Below, piece after piece: positions 12,201-28,176 of a DNA stretch of 32,000 nt. The notes beneath the pieces are model-generated. The model was not told where the DNA came from. It did not search any database and worked only from the letters and a program-made list of their open reading frames with translations. The stretch comes from Zygophlyctis sp. KS116 (Eukaryota > Fungi > Chytridiomycota). Location of the stretch: contig BAAFSQ010000058.1 of assembly GCA_054661495.1 (NCBI GenBank), positions 1 through 32,000 on the forward strand, given 5' to 3'. Every line of letters starts with the position of its first letter. Position 1 is the stretch's first letter. Made by a program: the position numbers and the translations under genes.

Positions 12201-14343
12201 TCTTTGCAAGCTCAATCAGCTCGGAACTTCCCTGTCCATTAGATGAGAAAATGCTCTGAAGATGGCCCACAACTTTATCATAACTTGCAGTCCTAAATAA
12301 GTCCTCGATATTAATTAGATATTCTTGAGCATTCAGATTCTTCACTTTCGAGATGATGGCATCCAAATTCAGGATTTCACCGCATATCAATAATACTGAC
12401 TTATTCGATAAAAGGTCTTTACATTGAGTATAATATTCCAAGGACTGAGATATACGGCCACATCGCTCATGATCTTTCGCCAATAGCCACAAATATCTAT
12501 CATTAATCTCTTGCTAGTATACCGAATATTAAAATCATGGGAATCTAGGTCTTTCAAGGATTTAAATGCAATTAATGAAATCAGTTGACTAAAAATCCGG
12601 TCAAACAATGAGATTTGATTCATACTGAACAGTGGATTCTCCGTGTCCAACTCCCACTTAATCTATCTAATTAAAAAATAAAATACATACAAATTCAATA
12701 TCAGATTCAGAAATTCCATCAAAAACTATTTCACAAAGAGAAAGAAGAACTAATAGTAACTGATCATCATTTTCTTTGAATTGTTTCATATTTTGAAAGG
12801 TCTTAACCCCGCAATTATGACTCTCGATTCTTTTCAAAATTAAAGAAACCATATCACACATATCTGATGATAGCGATGTCTCATGAGAGAGAATAAAAAT
12901 GAGATACATTCGCATAATGTTTAGTAGTGACGTTTTATCCGGAACTAGCGCCAAAAAAGAATTAAAATGACTCAAAGTATGATCAAGAGCGACTTCTTCT
13001 GCTATTTCAACATATTCATCTAATTTTTGAGCAGTACGCTTCCTAAAAAGTCAGCTAAATTATTTAAACCTTTTAATTCTTGCTTTTTGAGCCGAAAGAG
13101 AATTATTTACAGATATCCTCGAAGAAAGTGATTCAAAAAACTCTCCCAAATCTTGTACTAGAAAAGACATGTTCTTATTATCACCAGAAGCCAATTTCCA
13201 GCCTTGGGGAAGTAAAGGATCTAAATTTTCCTTAATCATACTTTCTGGAGTCATTTTTAGTTCTTCTTCAATACTTTTCCTTACACGCTTTGAAGAACGT
13301 ACTGTTTCCACTGTAACTGATGATCCCTTTCTTTTCTTGCGTGCTGCATCCTCTTGTAAAAACAGCTCTTGGTCTGAATTGAAATCAAAAGAATCCTGTA
13401 AATTTTCAATCTTTTCTTGAGCCATTTTAAATTCCTCTGTATCCATTTCTACAACAATCGATATTTGAGTAGAAAAACTAGCATTATCATCACTTAAAAA
13501 CTCTGAATAAGTTTTAAGTAATGAATTTCCCAATTGTAAAAACGAAGCTTTACTTAATTCAATTTTCTTCTTTGTCACTTTGCCTAAATTTTGATCTTTT
13601 TAATTTAAAAAGTATACTATTACCATAAATCACAAGATCTCTAGGAACACAATCAATAACTTGTTTTCTTGTTTGAAAAGCAAACACATCTGAAACCTGT
13701 ATACACGTTTCCAACATACTAGACATTGATAATCCAGAAACGTGTGATTCTAATATAGTGTCTTTAAGTGCCAATCCTACCCTGTACAATGGATTATCCT
13801 TTAAAGCCTGATTTATTAGAATATAACATTCTGCAAATAGCCCAGCTTCATACGTAGTTTTAATTAATCCTTCTAAAAATAAAAAATCATTATTTGAGAC
13901 ATCTCGTCCAGCACTAAAAGCCCAAATTGCAGTCTTCAACTTTTTCAACTTTAGTGCAATTTCCCCAATTTTACCCCATGATTCATAATCTTCCTCATCA
14001 ACCTGTACAGCTTTTATAAAATAAGTCAATGCATCCTGATCATTCTTCTTTTCATGATAGATTTTTGCCAAATTCTTAAAAATCACAAATTGTAGAGTAT
14101 GTAATGGAGAAGTATGAACACCAACCCCCTAATTTTGAATTAATTCTAATTTACATTTAGCTCTTCAGACAAGAGATCAGACTTTACTATTTCCAAATAC
14201 TTTTCCATCGCATCATCCAAATTTCCTTGCGACTGGATCTTGAGAGCATTAGCATATATTCCGAGAAAACTCTCAATCTGAATCTCTTTTGATGTCCCAG
14301 TGTCCTTTTTCGGTAACGGATTTAGAACGGAAAACGAAACCAT
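9211..14343 (-). CDS. HIR3: Histone chaperone HIR complex subunit Hir3/CABIN1 (TPR protein)
   Basis: N-terminus MVSFSVLN...KEIQIESF...ALK, TPR repeats, QCYFCLYG, DKKKWYHK, FWKSPLQRPGRH. About 16 GT-AG introns of 24-31 nt give a continuous frame ending ...VLKRALTACRGNMSGKRLNLFI* at 9211-9213. Confidence 0.88.
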
Positions 14344-14391
14344 TTGAATACAGACGCCACACTTGAGCCAACACTATACGCAAACGGTAGA
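14344..14391. promoter_or_regulatory. 48-nt divergent intergenic region (HIR3 / orphan ORF)
   Basis: ATG-to-ATG distance; locally CG-rich. Confidence 0.4.
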
Positions 14392-14703
14392 ATGAATTCG
14401 TCAAAGATCAATTCATTGCAGGAATGGAGATCAGGCAAACTACCGTCCATCGCAGAGACTAACAAAGCATATCCGACTCATCTCCCTCCTGTGACCGCTT
14501 TGGACTATGAATCTCGAATCCAAAAATCTTTAAAAACAACTGTTGTCTCTTCCAGGCTCAAATATACAATGAGTGTGTTTAGAATTTCTTCTATTATCTT
14601 GGGATCTGTCATGGCAACTGTTTATGCTGCTAATGCAATTATCGTCTATGATAAGGAAACTTACTTGAAAGAGTTAATAAGGAAAAGGGATGGTTTATTG
14701 TGA
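14392..14703 (+). CDS. Small hypothetical protein (103 aa) with one predicted transmembrane segment
   Basis: First ATG at 14392; the ORF fills the whole space between HIR3 and the myosin; hydrophobic stretch ISSIILGSVMATVYAANAIIVY; no family recognised. Confidence 0.6.
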   Translation: MNSSKINSLQEWRSGKLPSIAETNKAYPTHLPPVTALDYESRIQKSLKTTVVSSRLKYTMSVFRISSIILGSVMATVYAANAIIVYDKETYLKELIRKRDGLL

Positions 14704-17700
14704 AATTTCTGACAAATTAGGCTCGGATCTAAGTCTATCAAATCTCATTTTTAATTTCTCTACTTCTTTTTCAAATCTAGAAAATATAAAAAAAACTAAA
14801 GTACCTTAATGCACGATCTCGGTATTCTCCAGCTTCTCTTTCAACTCTTTTCTTGTTTAGTAATAAGTTGCTTTCAGATGATTCCTAGATTTAAGTTTTT
14901 TAAAAATTACCAATTCCTCTAATTGACTCCTCATCTTGTTTATTTTACTTCCGAGTTTATCAACCTCTTCATCAGACTTGAGTTTGGCCTTGTCTTTTTC
15001 TGCTAGAGCATATTGTAATTCACGGATAGTTCTTTCACTTTTCCTAACAGCTTTGACTAGTTCTGATTTTGCAAGAGATTCTTTATCTAAAGTTGAACTT
15101 AACTCTTCGATTCGAGACTCTAATCGACGATTGGTATTGGTGTCTTTAAGTAAAAGAGATGATTCCAAATCAAAGATTTTAGCATTTAAATCTTTTATAA
15201 TCTTATCATTGGAAATTCTGGATTTATCATTTTGAAGATTTATAGATCTTTCTTTTGATAAATCAGATAAAGCGTCTTGCAGAAGATTTTCTGCTCTTCT
15301 AGCTCTATCCTCTACTAGTTTAATGTTTTCATGTTCATCTTCAATTTGTTCTTGTAATTCCTTGGTTTTTTGTTCTACATTCGCAAAAGAACGCTTTAGA
15401 GTAAGTAAACTATAATATTACCTGTAGATCAGATTTTGATCTTGTGGATTCATGATAAAGTTCACTAATTTCAGATAATCGAGTTTCGAGATGCTTTTTT
15501 GCCTTTTCTGCCAAGACTCTTTGAACCTCGGACTCCTCGAGCTGGAGTCTATAGTCTTTAATACCAGACGACTGGGATGATAATGCCTGATGTGCTGATT
15601 CAGCCTCAGACTGGGCCAATTCCAAATTACGACATAATTCGTCAAGTCGGACTTCAAGTTTTTCTTTTTCACGCTTCCAGACTCCAGCTGATCGTAATTC
15701 AGATTCAAGTTTTGAGGAATAAAGATCACGGTCAGACTCTACTTCTTTGCAAGTCTCTTTTAGTAAAATATTGTTGCTTTTTTCAATTTCCAACTCTTCA
15801 AGCAATGATTTGATTTCTTTCTGATATTTCTTTCTTGATGATTCTCCCATAGTGTCACGCTCCTCAATGTCTTGCCTGTGTCGGTCAAGGAGTTCATTCA
15901 TTTCATCAGAGAGCTTCCTTTTTTCGGTAATGAGTTCTGCTAATTCATGAGAATCATCTTCCATTTTATCATGGAGTTCAATAAGTTGATCTTCAAAGGC
16001 TTTCGCTTTCTCTAATGATTCCATTTTCTCCTTATTGAGGATTTCATTGGTAGTTTCAAGCTCCTTGATTCTAGAATTTAAAGATGCCTCCATTTTTTCC
16101 CATTTTAGACGATGAATCTCTGCAGCCTCATAAGCTGTGACAGTTTGTTCAGCTTTCAACTTTTGAAAAGACAGTGACTCATTCAAATCGCCCGACCTTG
16201 AGATTTCAGCCTCTAAACGAATATTCAACTCTTTAACTTCAGACATAAGCTTGCGACGTGCAGCAGATTCCACACCTTTGGCTAAAATTTCGGCTTCAAG
16301 TTTTGCCTTAAACTCATTTAAATCGGATGCTGCCATTTTGCGTTGTCTTTCAGATTCTTCTAGTTCATGAATTTTTTGGTCAAGATTTTGCTGAGCTAAA
16401 CGATGAGCAGCTTGTAGAGCCCTTCTATTCTCCTCTAACTTAGAAACTTTATCCTCATAGTCATCCTTGTTTTGGTTTCTGAGTTGCTCTATAGCGTCAG
16501 TGCGCAGGGCCTTTTCGTTGGATAGTTCCTTTCTAATATCTTCAAACTCTTCCAGACTTTGAGTCAGGGCCATTATCTCCTTTTCCAAATTCTTTTTAGC
16601 TTCAAAAGCCGAAGAAAAGGCTTCTTCACTTCTTTTCAAATCATATTCTAAATTCTCAACTCTCTTTTCAAGCTGCTTTTTCGACCGATCAGCCGATTCC
16701 AATTGCATTTCTAGCATTTCTTTTCCGCTTTCTAATTCGTTTGATCTTTTTTCAAATCTCAAACTTGATTCCTCAAAGTTTCTCCGGGTTTGCCTCTCTT
16801 CTTCTAGTTTGGCAGATATTTCACGAATTATAATGTCCGTTTTCGCCTTCATCTTCGAAAGGTCTGAAGTGCTTTTTGTGGTGTCTTGGGCTTGATCTTG
16901 AAGTGATTGAATCCGATCTTCTAAAAACTTTTTCGCTTTTAGAAGTTCCTTCTTCTGTGAAATTGATTCTTCTAGTTGATCACCCAAAGAGTTTACTTCC
17001 TTCATAAGCAGCTTTCTAGTTTCATCGAGAATCTCATCTTTAGCAGCCAAATCCTCCTGCATTCTTTTCTTGGATTCTAAAAGTTCTTTTTCAATAGAGC
17101 GCTTGGATTCTAAAACGGTACTCTTTTCTGTTTCGGATTCAAAAAGTTCTCGTTGAAGCTCTTCAATCTGGGTATTTAACTTCTTCTTCATTTTTTCTAG
17201 CTCATGTTGGCTTTTGCCATTTTCTCCGATCTCTTCTATTAAGCTTTTCAGCTCGGATTCCACATCATTCTTACTTTTTGTCAATAAGGACACTTGAAGA
17301 GTTTTTGTCATCAAGTCGCTTTGCAGAGTCTCCATATTTCCTTGGAGTATTCTAATTTGGGATTCTAAAGTTTCTCTCTTTTGAGTTTCTGATTCGAGCG
17401 ATCCGATTGTAGCTTTCAGCTGAGCCTCAAATTGTTTTGAAGCCCTTTCAGAAGTTCGCGATGAATTATGTTCACGCTCTACCTCTAATCGATAATCTTC
17501 AATTTCCGCTACAAGCCTAGTTTTGGTTTTTTCAAAATTGGAGCAGTTTCTTTGAGATTCTTCCAATTTTAATGAGATCTCGACTATTTGCTCTTCTAAT
17601 TTTCGTTTGAATGAGTCAAATTCAATTCCCTTATTTATGACTTCGACGCTGTATTTCTCTCTGACCTTATCCAGCTCAGCTGTTTTTCCTAGTAGCAGGT

Positions 17701-20700
17701 CTTCCAGTTTTACTTTTGAATCAGATATTTCATCAAGTTGACTTCTTAAATCTGTAACTTCAAGCGACAATTTTTTCTTTTGACTCTCAATGCAAGCTCG
17801 ATTCCTGCCTTCTTCTTCAATTTCTCCTTGAAGATGATCTAACTGACGAATGTTGCTCTGCTTTTCTCGCTCCAAACGTGAATTGACTCCGTTAACTTCC
17901 TCTAATTTAGCCTGTAATTCCACAACATGCTTTTCAAAAATATCTCTCTGCTGTTTAATTTCAAGATATATAGTGTCCTGCCCCCCTGATTTCATCTGAA
18001 GGCTTTGTATTTCGGCCTCCAGTTGACGCTTGCCCTTCTCCAGGCTGCACTTGAGTTCCTCTGTTTTCTCTAATTCATCTCGTAATTCACCCAATCTGGA
18101 TTCTAGGGAAAATTTAGAACTTTTTATTGCCTCAGCGTCTTGTGAGACTGCCTCCAGGTCCAATTTCAAATTTTCTATAATCTGCTCATTTGTTTTTCGT
18201 GAAATATCTAAACCATCTTCCAAATATGCTATCTGAGCTTTTAAATCACTTATTTCCGACTCTCTGAGACGACGGATTTCAGCATGCTTTGTTTCTTCAT
18301 TCCCTTTCTCTTCCATTGTATTTTGCAATGACTGTAGCTCATCCTCCAATTTCTTCTTTTGTCTAGATAGCTTCTCCTTCTCATCTACGAGAGATTCGCA
18401 ATCAGAATGATATCCGTTCAATTTAACTTGAAGTTCTCTCTTCAGACTCTCCAAATGAGTATTTTTTGACTCCTGCTCTTGAAATTGCTCGGTCAGTCGA
18501 GAGAATTCAGCACCATTTTTCTTAATAGTATTTTCATACTCATTATTTAATTTTTCGAGGGATGCGAGTTGCTGCAATACTTTGCTTAATTCATTTTGGA
18601 TTTGAGAAACTTTTGATTCCAATAGTGTGTTATTATTCTGATCACTTTCTAGCTGCTGCTCTAAATCAACAATTTTACTCTGTAATTTCGATTTTGATTT
18701 GATCAATTCTCCCTCTCTATCATTAGAGTCTCGCATTTGCGATTGAATATCACTATAAGAGGTTTCTAAGGCTTTTTTGTCCTGTTCAAGTTTTTCTATT
18801 CTTAGATTTGCTGCATTTAGTTCTGCTTCAAGATCTTTAACTCTGCTTTCAAAGTTGAGCATATCTTTATGGGAAAAATCCAAGTCGGAATTAAGCTTTT
18901 GAATGGTATTTTTCATATAGGATATCTCATCTTCCAGATTTTTCTTTATCTTGGATATAGAATCAAGCTGAAATTCTTTAGTATCTAGATCGGCTCCGAG
19001 CTCTGCAAGCCTCTCATTCAAAGATATTTCTCTTGTCTGCGTCCTTGCCAAAATTTCCGCTTGATTAGCAGCCGCACTTTTCTCTACCATTAACAAATCT
19101 TCCAGCTTTTTTCTTTCAGAGTCAATACCCGCAAAAGCATTTTCCAATTTCGCCCTCTCTTCTGCCTCTTTTGCGAACTTTTCTTGCCATTCCTTACTGA
19201 TTGCGTCAGATTTTCGAAGTTCTTCATCGGCCCGAGTAACATTTAAAAGTGGCTTGACTTTACTGTATAGTTTCCACCAAGGCCATTCTCGAAGGGTAAC
19301 ATAAATACGTGCGTTCTTTTGAATGATCCTAATAGCTCTGAATCGATCAATGATCTTTTTAAACTTTTTCCGGGCTAAAAATCCACGCATTAACGATTGG
19401 ATCCGTATGACAATTTGTGAAAGTTTTATATCACGACGATTTTCTAACTCAGCAAGCTACATATTAAGAGAATAAATAAATACCACTCCAGCTCTAAAGA
19501 ACACCTTTGAAAAACCTAATCTATATTGATTTTGGTCAAGAGCCAGCGAATCTATCAAAATTTGAGAATTTTTTCTGCCATCCATGAATCCTTTTGGAAT
19601 CGTTCCCGCAGCTAGTATTTCGTATCTCTGACGAAAATCAACAAAAAGGAGTCGATTAGGAAAACCAGCTCGGCATATTCGTATTCCCTCTAGTACACCG
19701 TTACATCGTAATTGATCCAAAATCAATAATGCATCAAATTTTCCGGCTTTTTTATCATTGTTAGGAATTATGCATCGTACAAAATGAGGCTGGGTAGAAT
19801 ATAATTGTGTCATCAAAGACATTAGTTGTTCTTTATGACGCTGACCCACTGTTCTAAAAGCACCCTTTTTAGTGACACTTTTAATTTTAGAAGAGTTATC
19901 ATCTTGCTCCCCGACGTATTCACTAAATAAAGAGGATATATAAGTATCCGTTGATACAGCCAGTAATCGAGTAATATTTTCATTCAACGGATCCTTATTC
20001 TTGTCAAGCCATCCATCGATCTTATATTCCACTTTTCCGGCGTAATGCTGCAAAATAAATCCGTCGTTAAATCTTGTTGTTTCATACTTGGGGCTTTTCC
20101 CCTTCCATAAGCCATTAAGTTTTTCAATAAATGTTTTGTCTGTAGCTTTTGGCATTACACATTCCTCGTCCAAAAGCGACATTATTCCAATTGGCTTGTG
20201 TTAAAACAATTCTAGTCTTACCGAGGTTTTTTCGATCAAATCAATGGTTGGTTGGAGATCTAGCCCGAAATCAATAAATTTCCAATCAATTCCTTCCTTC
20301 TTATATTCCTCCTGCTCAAGTACAAACATGTGATGGTTAAAAAACTGCTGAAGTTTCTCGTTAGTGTAATTAATGCAAAGTTGCTCAAAACTATTCAGCT
20401 ACAAATTAATTGATTAAAATATACCTCAAAAATTTCAAACCCAGCAATATCAAGAACTCCAATAAATGTTGACTTGTGAGATGGTGTATAAATTGACTGA
20501 TTGATTCTCTCAACGAGCTCTCCAAACATGCGTTCATATAAGGATCGTGCCAATGCTTCAATAGAATAATATACTTGCTCCACAGTTCTGGCTTGAGTAA
20601 CCCAATCTTTTCCTGCTTTGATTTTAGGCTTCAAAAGACTTCTTGTGAATTCAGCAAATGGAACACCAAGAACTTTGCAAAGCTTCTCTACACTTGATTG

Positions 20701-21959
20701 TGCAGCTGCTGTAAGACGTGCAGTATCATCTCTCTCAGATTCAAAGGAGAGATTTCCTAAATGAAGAACTGCAGCGATAACTTTAAACAGTGACATTTGT
20801 TCCATTTCCGTAAACTGCATCACTCTAAGTGCATCCTGAAAATCAATTCATATATGTCTTCTTACCATCAATTGCTTAAAATCTAAAACATCATCAACAC
20901 CTTCAATATTCTTGTTTGAACTTTTAACAAATCGATATTCATCAAGATCAGTACTCAGTAAAAGAGATTCTGTATATAATTTTAATATTATCGTTACCTC
21001 GCAAATTAGAATCAGCTCCTTTTAAAAGTTGATAAAAAATATGATAATTTCTTTCTTTTGATGTTTGATGAGTTACTCTCGACTTTTCTAAAAGATAGCG
21101 CTGAATATTTGCACCAGTGATTTGCCCTGAAGGATTAAACTCTATCCTAATAAATTTCCCCTAAATTTTAAGATCCAAAAATTACAAATCTAGAAGAGTT
21201 ATTATTCCTAATAGTTTGTGCATTCCCAAAAGACTCTAAAATTGGATTCGCAATTAAAATTTGTTTTTCCAATGTCCCTGCATGCTTTGATCCCGAGGAT
21301 GTAGCTTGTGCTATTGACGCCAAATACTGTATTACTTTTTTAGTATTTTCTGTTTTCCCGGCACCTAAATATAAAATCAGATTGTTTACCTGATTCACCA
21401 GTAATTAATAGAGATTGATTTTCACGTCCATGCAACATATCATAATATGCAGAATCGGACACCGCAAAAATATGAGGTGGTTTTTCATTTCTTTTCTGTC
21501 CTTTATATGCTTTTATCATTTCATCAGTGTACAATGGTAATTTTTTGTAAGGATTAACAGCAACAAGAAAAAGGCCAGAGTATGTCTAGTCATCAATGTA
21601 AGAATATTCTTACATATATAAGATTAGAAGCATATCGAAGCCGTAAGTTATGTATCACTGACGCTTCATTTAGATGAGTCAAATCAGCCATATCTTCGGT
21701 TCTATCAAACTTTGGGGGATTCATCTTTTCGGTATCATTAATATTCACATCGCGTTCCTGACATAAGTGCCATCTTTAATACCTCTCCCGAAACCAACTT
21801 AAGTCTTATTGTATCATCTTTTTCGGCTAGTACATATCCAGCCAGAAATCCTTCATGTTTATCAATCAACCATAACCATTTTTTTTCTGACCATTGTGCT
21901 TGAGCCAATGCATCATTAACGACAGAGTATGGTAGAATTCGCTCTAAATATGGATTCAT
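14695..21959 (-). CDS. Myosin II heavy chain, full length (about 2313 aa by my splice model)
   Basis: [15 protein letters not shown]-loop [49 protein letters not shown] motifs, [14 protein letters not shown], then more than 1400 aa of coiled coil. 12 introns of 25-30 nt; spliced length 6942 nt is divisible by 3. Confidence 0.96.
20253..20468. repeat. 216-nt exact direct repeat, copy 1 (in full-length myosin)
   Basis: Identical by manual comparison to 23429-23644, including the 26-nt intron at 20399-20424. Confidence 0.92.
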
Positions 21960-22042
21960 TGATTTAGACACCGCGAACGTTTAAAGGCGCGTGTACCTTA
22001 TCTTCCGACTCAACAGAATGGGAAATCATATTAAAATCTAGT

Positions 22043-25106
<3,064 letters not shown>

Positions 25107-25144
25107 TTCCGGGAAATAATTCGGACTTTTGTAAACGGAAATTA
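25107..25144. promoter_or_regulatory. 38-nt divergent intergenic region, putative bidirectional promoter (short myosin / SET gene)
   Basis: ATG-to-ATG distance of 38 nt; three CG dinucleotides. Confidence 0.55.
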
Positions 25145-25762
25145 ATGACGAAATCAGTTGCAATCACCAATACTATTACTGAAAATGTAAATGTGGCTGC
25201 CAATGATACCAACAAGAATTCTAAAAATGACGATAACACAACATCTAGAAAATATCCTTCAATTGTAAAGAAAACTGCGTATGGGCATGGTCTGTTCACA
25301 ACTACTTCTGTACCGGTAAGCAAAAACAAACTTATTACAGGCTAAAACTGTTGTAGAAAAATTCATTGGACCAGGTACTATTTATTAACTCAAATTAATA
25401 GATGTCCAATATGAAAATATCTCTGATTATGATAAATGCTATGTTTTAAATTATTGTTCGGATAACGAATGGAAATGGTAAATTGTATCTAATAATGTCA
25501 GGTGTCAGCCAGAAACAGATGCAAGATTTGCTAATCGTAAGTTTGTATTCAAATAATCAAAGACTCTTGTGATCCAAACTCTTTTATAAATGATAATCTA
25601 GAAATAGTAACTCGTAAACCGTTGGGATCGGGCCAAGAAATTACTTTTGTCTATAATAATGGTAACGAATCAGACTATTGGGATCCTATATGGAATTTTA
25701 AATGTTGTTGTGGGGCAAAGAATTGTCAAAGAGAGATTGATCGATATCGACCATTTGTTTAA
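25145..25762 (+). CDS. Small stand-alone SET-domain protein with post-SET motif (171 aa), putative lysine methyltransferase
   Basis: GHGLF, ARFANHSCDPN, EITFVYN, FKCCCGAKNC. Introns 25316-25340, 25375-25401, 25478-25501 and 25537-25562; spliced length 516 nt. Confidence 0.9.
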
Positions 25763-25783
25763 TAAGTGATTTTGTTTGTTTAC

Positions 25784-28168
25784 ATGAGTCTGATGGATAT
25801 TATTACAATCACCAAACGATTAAAACAGCAGAAACAAGGACAAGTATCAAAGTTATTGCTAAAATCAGAAGCAGAAATTGAGCTTCTTGAGACAATAAAG
25901 GAATATATGTCTGTAAATGCATTAATTGAATTTTAGAAAAGATCAGAAATCGAAGGGAATTACTGCAAAGTAGGGATTTATTATTAATAGATAGCAATTA
26001 GAGAAATTAAGTAAAGGGACTGCAGGTAGAAAGTTTAGAAAAGTATTTGGAGATTTACCGCCTTTGCCTTTAGCAGATCCTAATGGGCCTTCAAAGTAAT
26101 CAAGGGATTTAAATTTTAGGATAGCATATAATACATTTGCTACTTTAGTAGGAGAATCAGAAAAACATGCCAGATCAAGGGGACATATGAGTGAGCAATT
26201 GGCAGAAACAGTTGTAAAGGCGATCAAGGAATTCAATAAAGAAAAGGGGATTATCTCAAAGAAATTGATTGAATTTGGGTTTAGTTATCAACAAGAATTT
26301 ATTGAAGCGTATGAAGAGTTAAACAAGGTTGGTTTGAATAGTTAAAATTAGGCAAAACAGAATTATGATAATCTCGCAAAAGAAACTGCATCGTCAAAAG
26401 AAAAATATGAAAAAATGCTCAATAAGCCAAAAACAGCTTTGGGAACTCTAAAGGTATTAGTAACTGGAAAAGATGTTGAAGAGAGAAAGAAAAAATGGAA
26501 AAATAATTCAAGGAAATTAACGGATGCTAGAAATGAATATATTTTAATTCTTTCTGCTATTAATGCTATGCAAAATTCTTATTATGAAAATGATTTACCA
26601 AATCTAATAAAGGTAAAGTCAGGAAAAATAAGAATATTAGAATTTAGATGGCGAATATTATCCAACAGTTACAAATATGCTTACAAAGTTTGTTCATCTT
26701 GAAGAGACATTTGGTGATGGACTACAATTTTCCATCAATTTGTTGAAGAACAAGATTCCAGAAATTACTAGAGAGCGTGATTTGAATGATTTCCTAAAAG
26801 ATTATGAAACCATTTTCGAAAGGCCATCGCAATTTTCCTTTGAAATTAATTCAGTTGATGATGTACGCTTTATTAGCATTCATAATTAGTCTAAAGAAGT
26901 CACAGTTGATGATGTTACAAAAGTTGTGCTTGGTCATAAACTAGGCGCCATGGTTGTTCAAGAAGAAGATATTTCGTCACAACTGTCAATTAAAGAGAAA
27001 GAGCTGGACGCTTTAAAGCGTATGGCAGGAGTTTTTTCAGAGACGCCTTCTTTTGGAGATGCTACATCTACCGCACAGGTATACTTAAGTTTTATAATAT
27101 TTTTAGCAAGAAAAAGAACTGATTACAGAAGTGGATCATCTCAAATTTAGACTTTCCAGACTTCGACCTAGAATTAAGATTCTACAGGATTTGAAAGTGG
27201 AGCCAATTTTGCCTGAACTTCCAAATTCTAATGCTTTAGTAGGATCTAAAAAGCATCAAGAATTAAAAAAGGTCGCTGTTGCCCTCTACAGCTACACTGC
27301 CCAAAATGATGAAGAATTGAACGTTGCAGAAGGGGATGAATTAGAAATCGTTGAATCCGACAAAGAAGGATGGACCAGAGTCAAAAATTCTGCATACGGA
27401 GTCTCTGGTATAGTCCCCACGAATTATCTGAAAATTACAACTTCTTCACCAGTGAAGCAAATAAGTCATCTTGGAGATATGCCTCCGACTTTAAGTAGTG
27501 GCCCACAATACGTTGTCGCTGTATACGACTATGATGCTTCAGACGAAGGAGAAATTAGCTATAAGGCTGGAGATCAAATTGAGGTGATTGAAGCCGATAA
27601 GGCAGAAGAATGGTGGGAAGGTAAAGTCTCCCGCACAGGCGAGACTGGTTCATTCCAAATTCTATTCACTCAAGGCTGGGAAAGCGTACAAACAAAGGGC
27701 TTGAAGCCTTCTGGTGGTATTAAACGAGGAAACTCAAAATCTTCAAATACTGCCACTACTTATGAGAGGAAAGCCAGAGCTCTTTATGATTATAATCCCG
27801 TTGGAAATGATGAAATAGCTTTGATGGAAAATGAAACCATTATTATCATTTCAAAAAATACAGGAAGTCCAGATTGGTGGGAAGGTGAAAATAGTGCCCA
27901 TAAAAGGGGTCAATTTCCAGCCAACTATGTAGAAGAATTATCTCCAGAATCCAAAAGCCTTCCTAGATCGATAACTAGCCAGGCTAAATCTCCTACTTTT
28001 GGAACAGCTAAAGCGCTTTACGACTATGTAGCTACAGTTGATGATGAGTTATCTATAAATGAAGGAGATATTATAAAATTGTTGGATATATCAGATTCTG
28101 ACTGGTGGAAGGGAGAATTAAATGGTCAAACAGGAACTTTCCCTGCAAATTATGTCGAAAAGGTATAA
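25784..28168 (+). CDS. F-BAR protein with four SH3 domains, BZZ1/FCHSD (Nervous wreck)-like
   Basis: FCH motif EIELLETIKEYMSKRSEIEGNYCKQLEKL, ARNEYILILSAIN, PSFGDA coiled coil; four SH3 repeats in the last exon; 7 introns of 24-28 nt. Confidence 0.88.
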
Positions 28169-28176
28169 TTCAAAAG

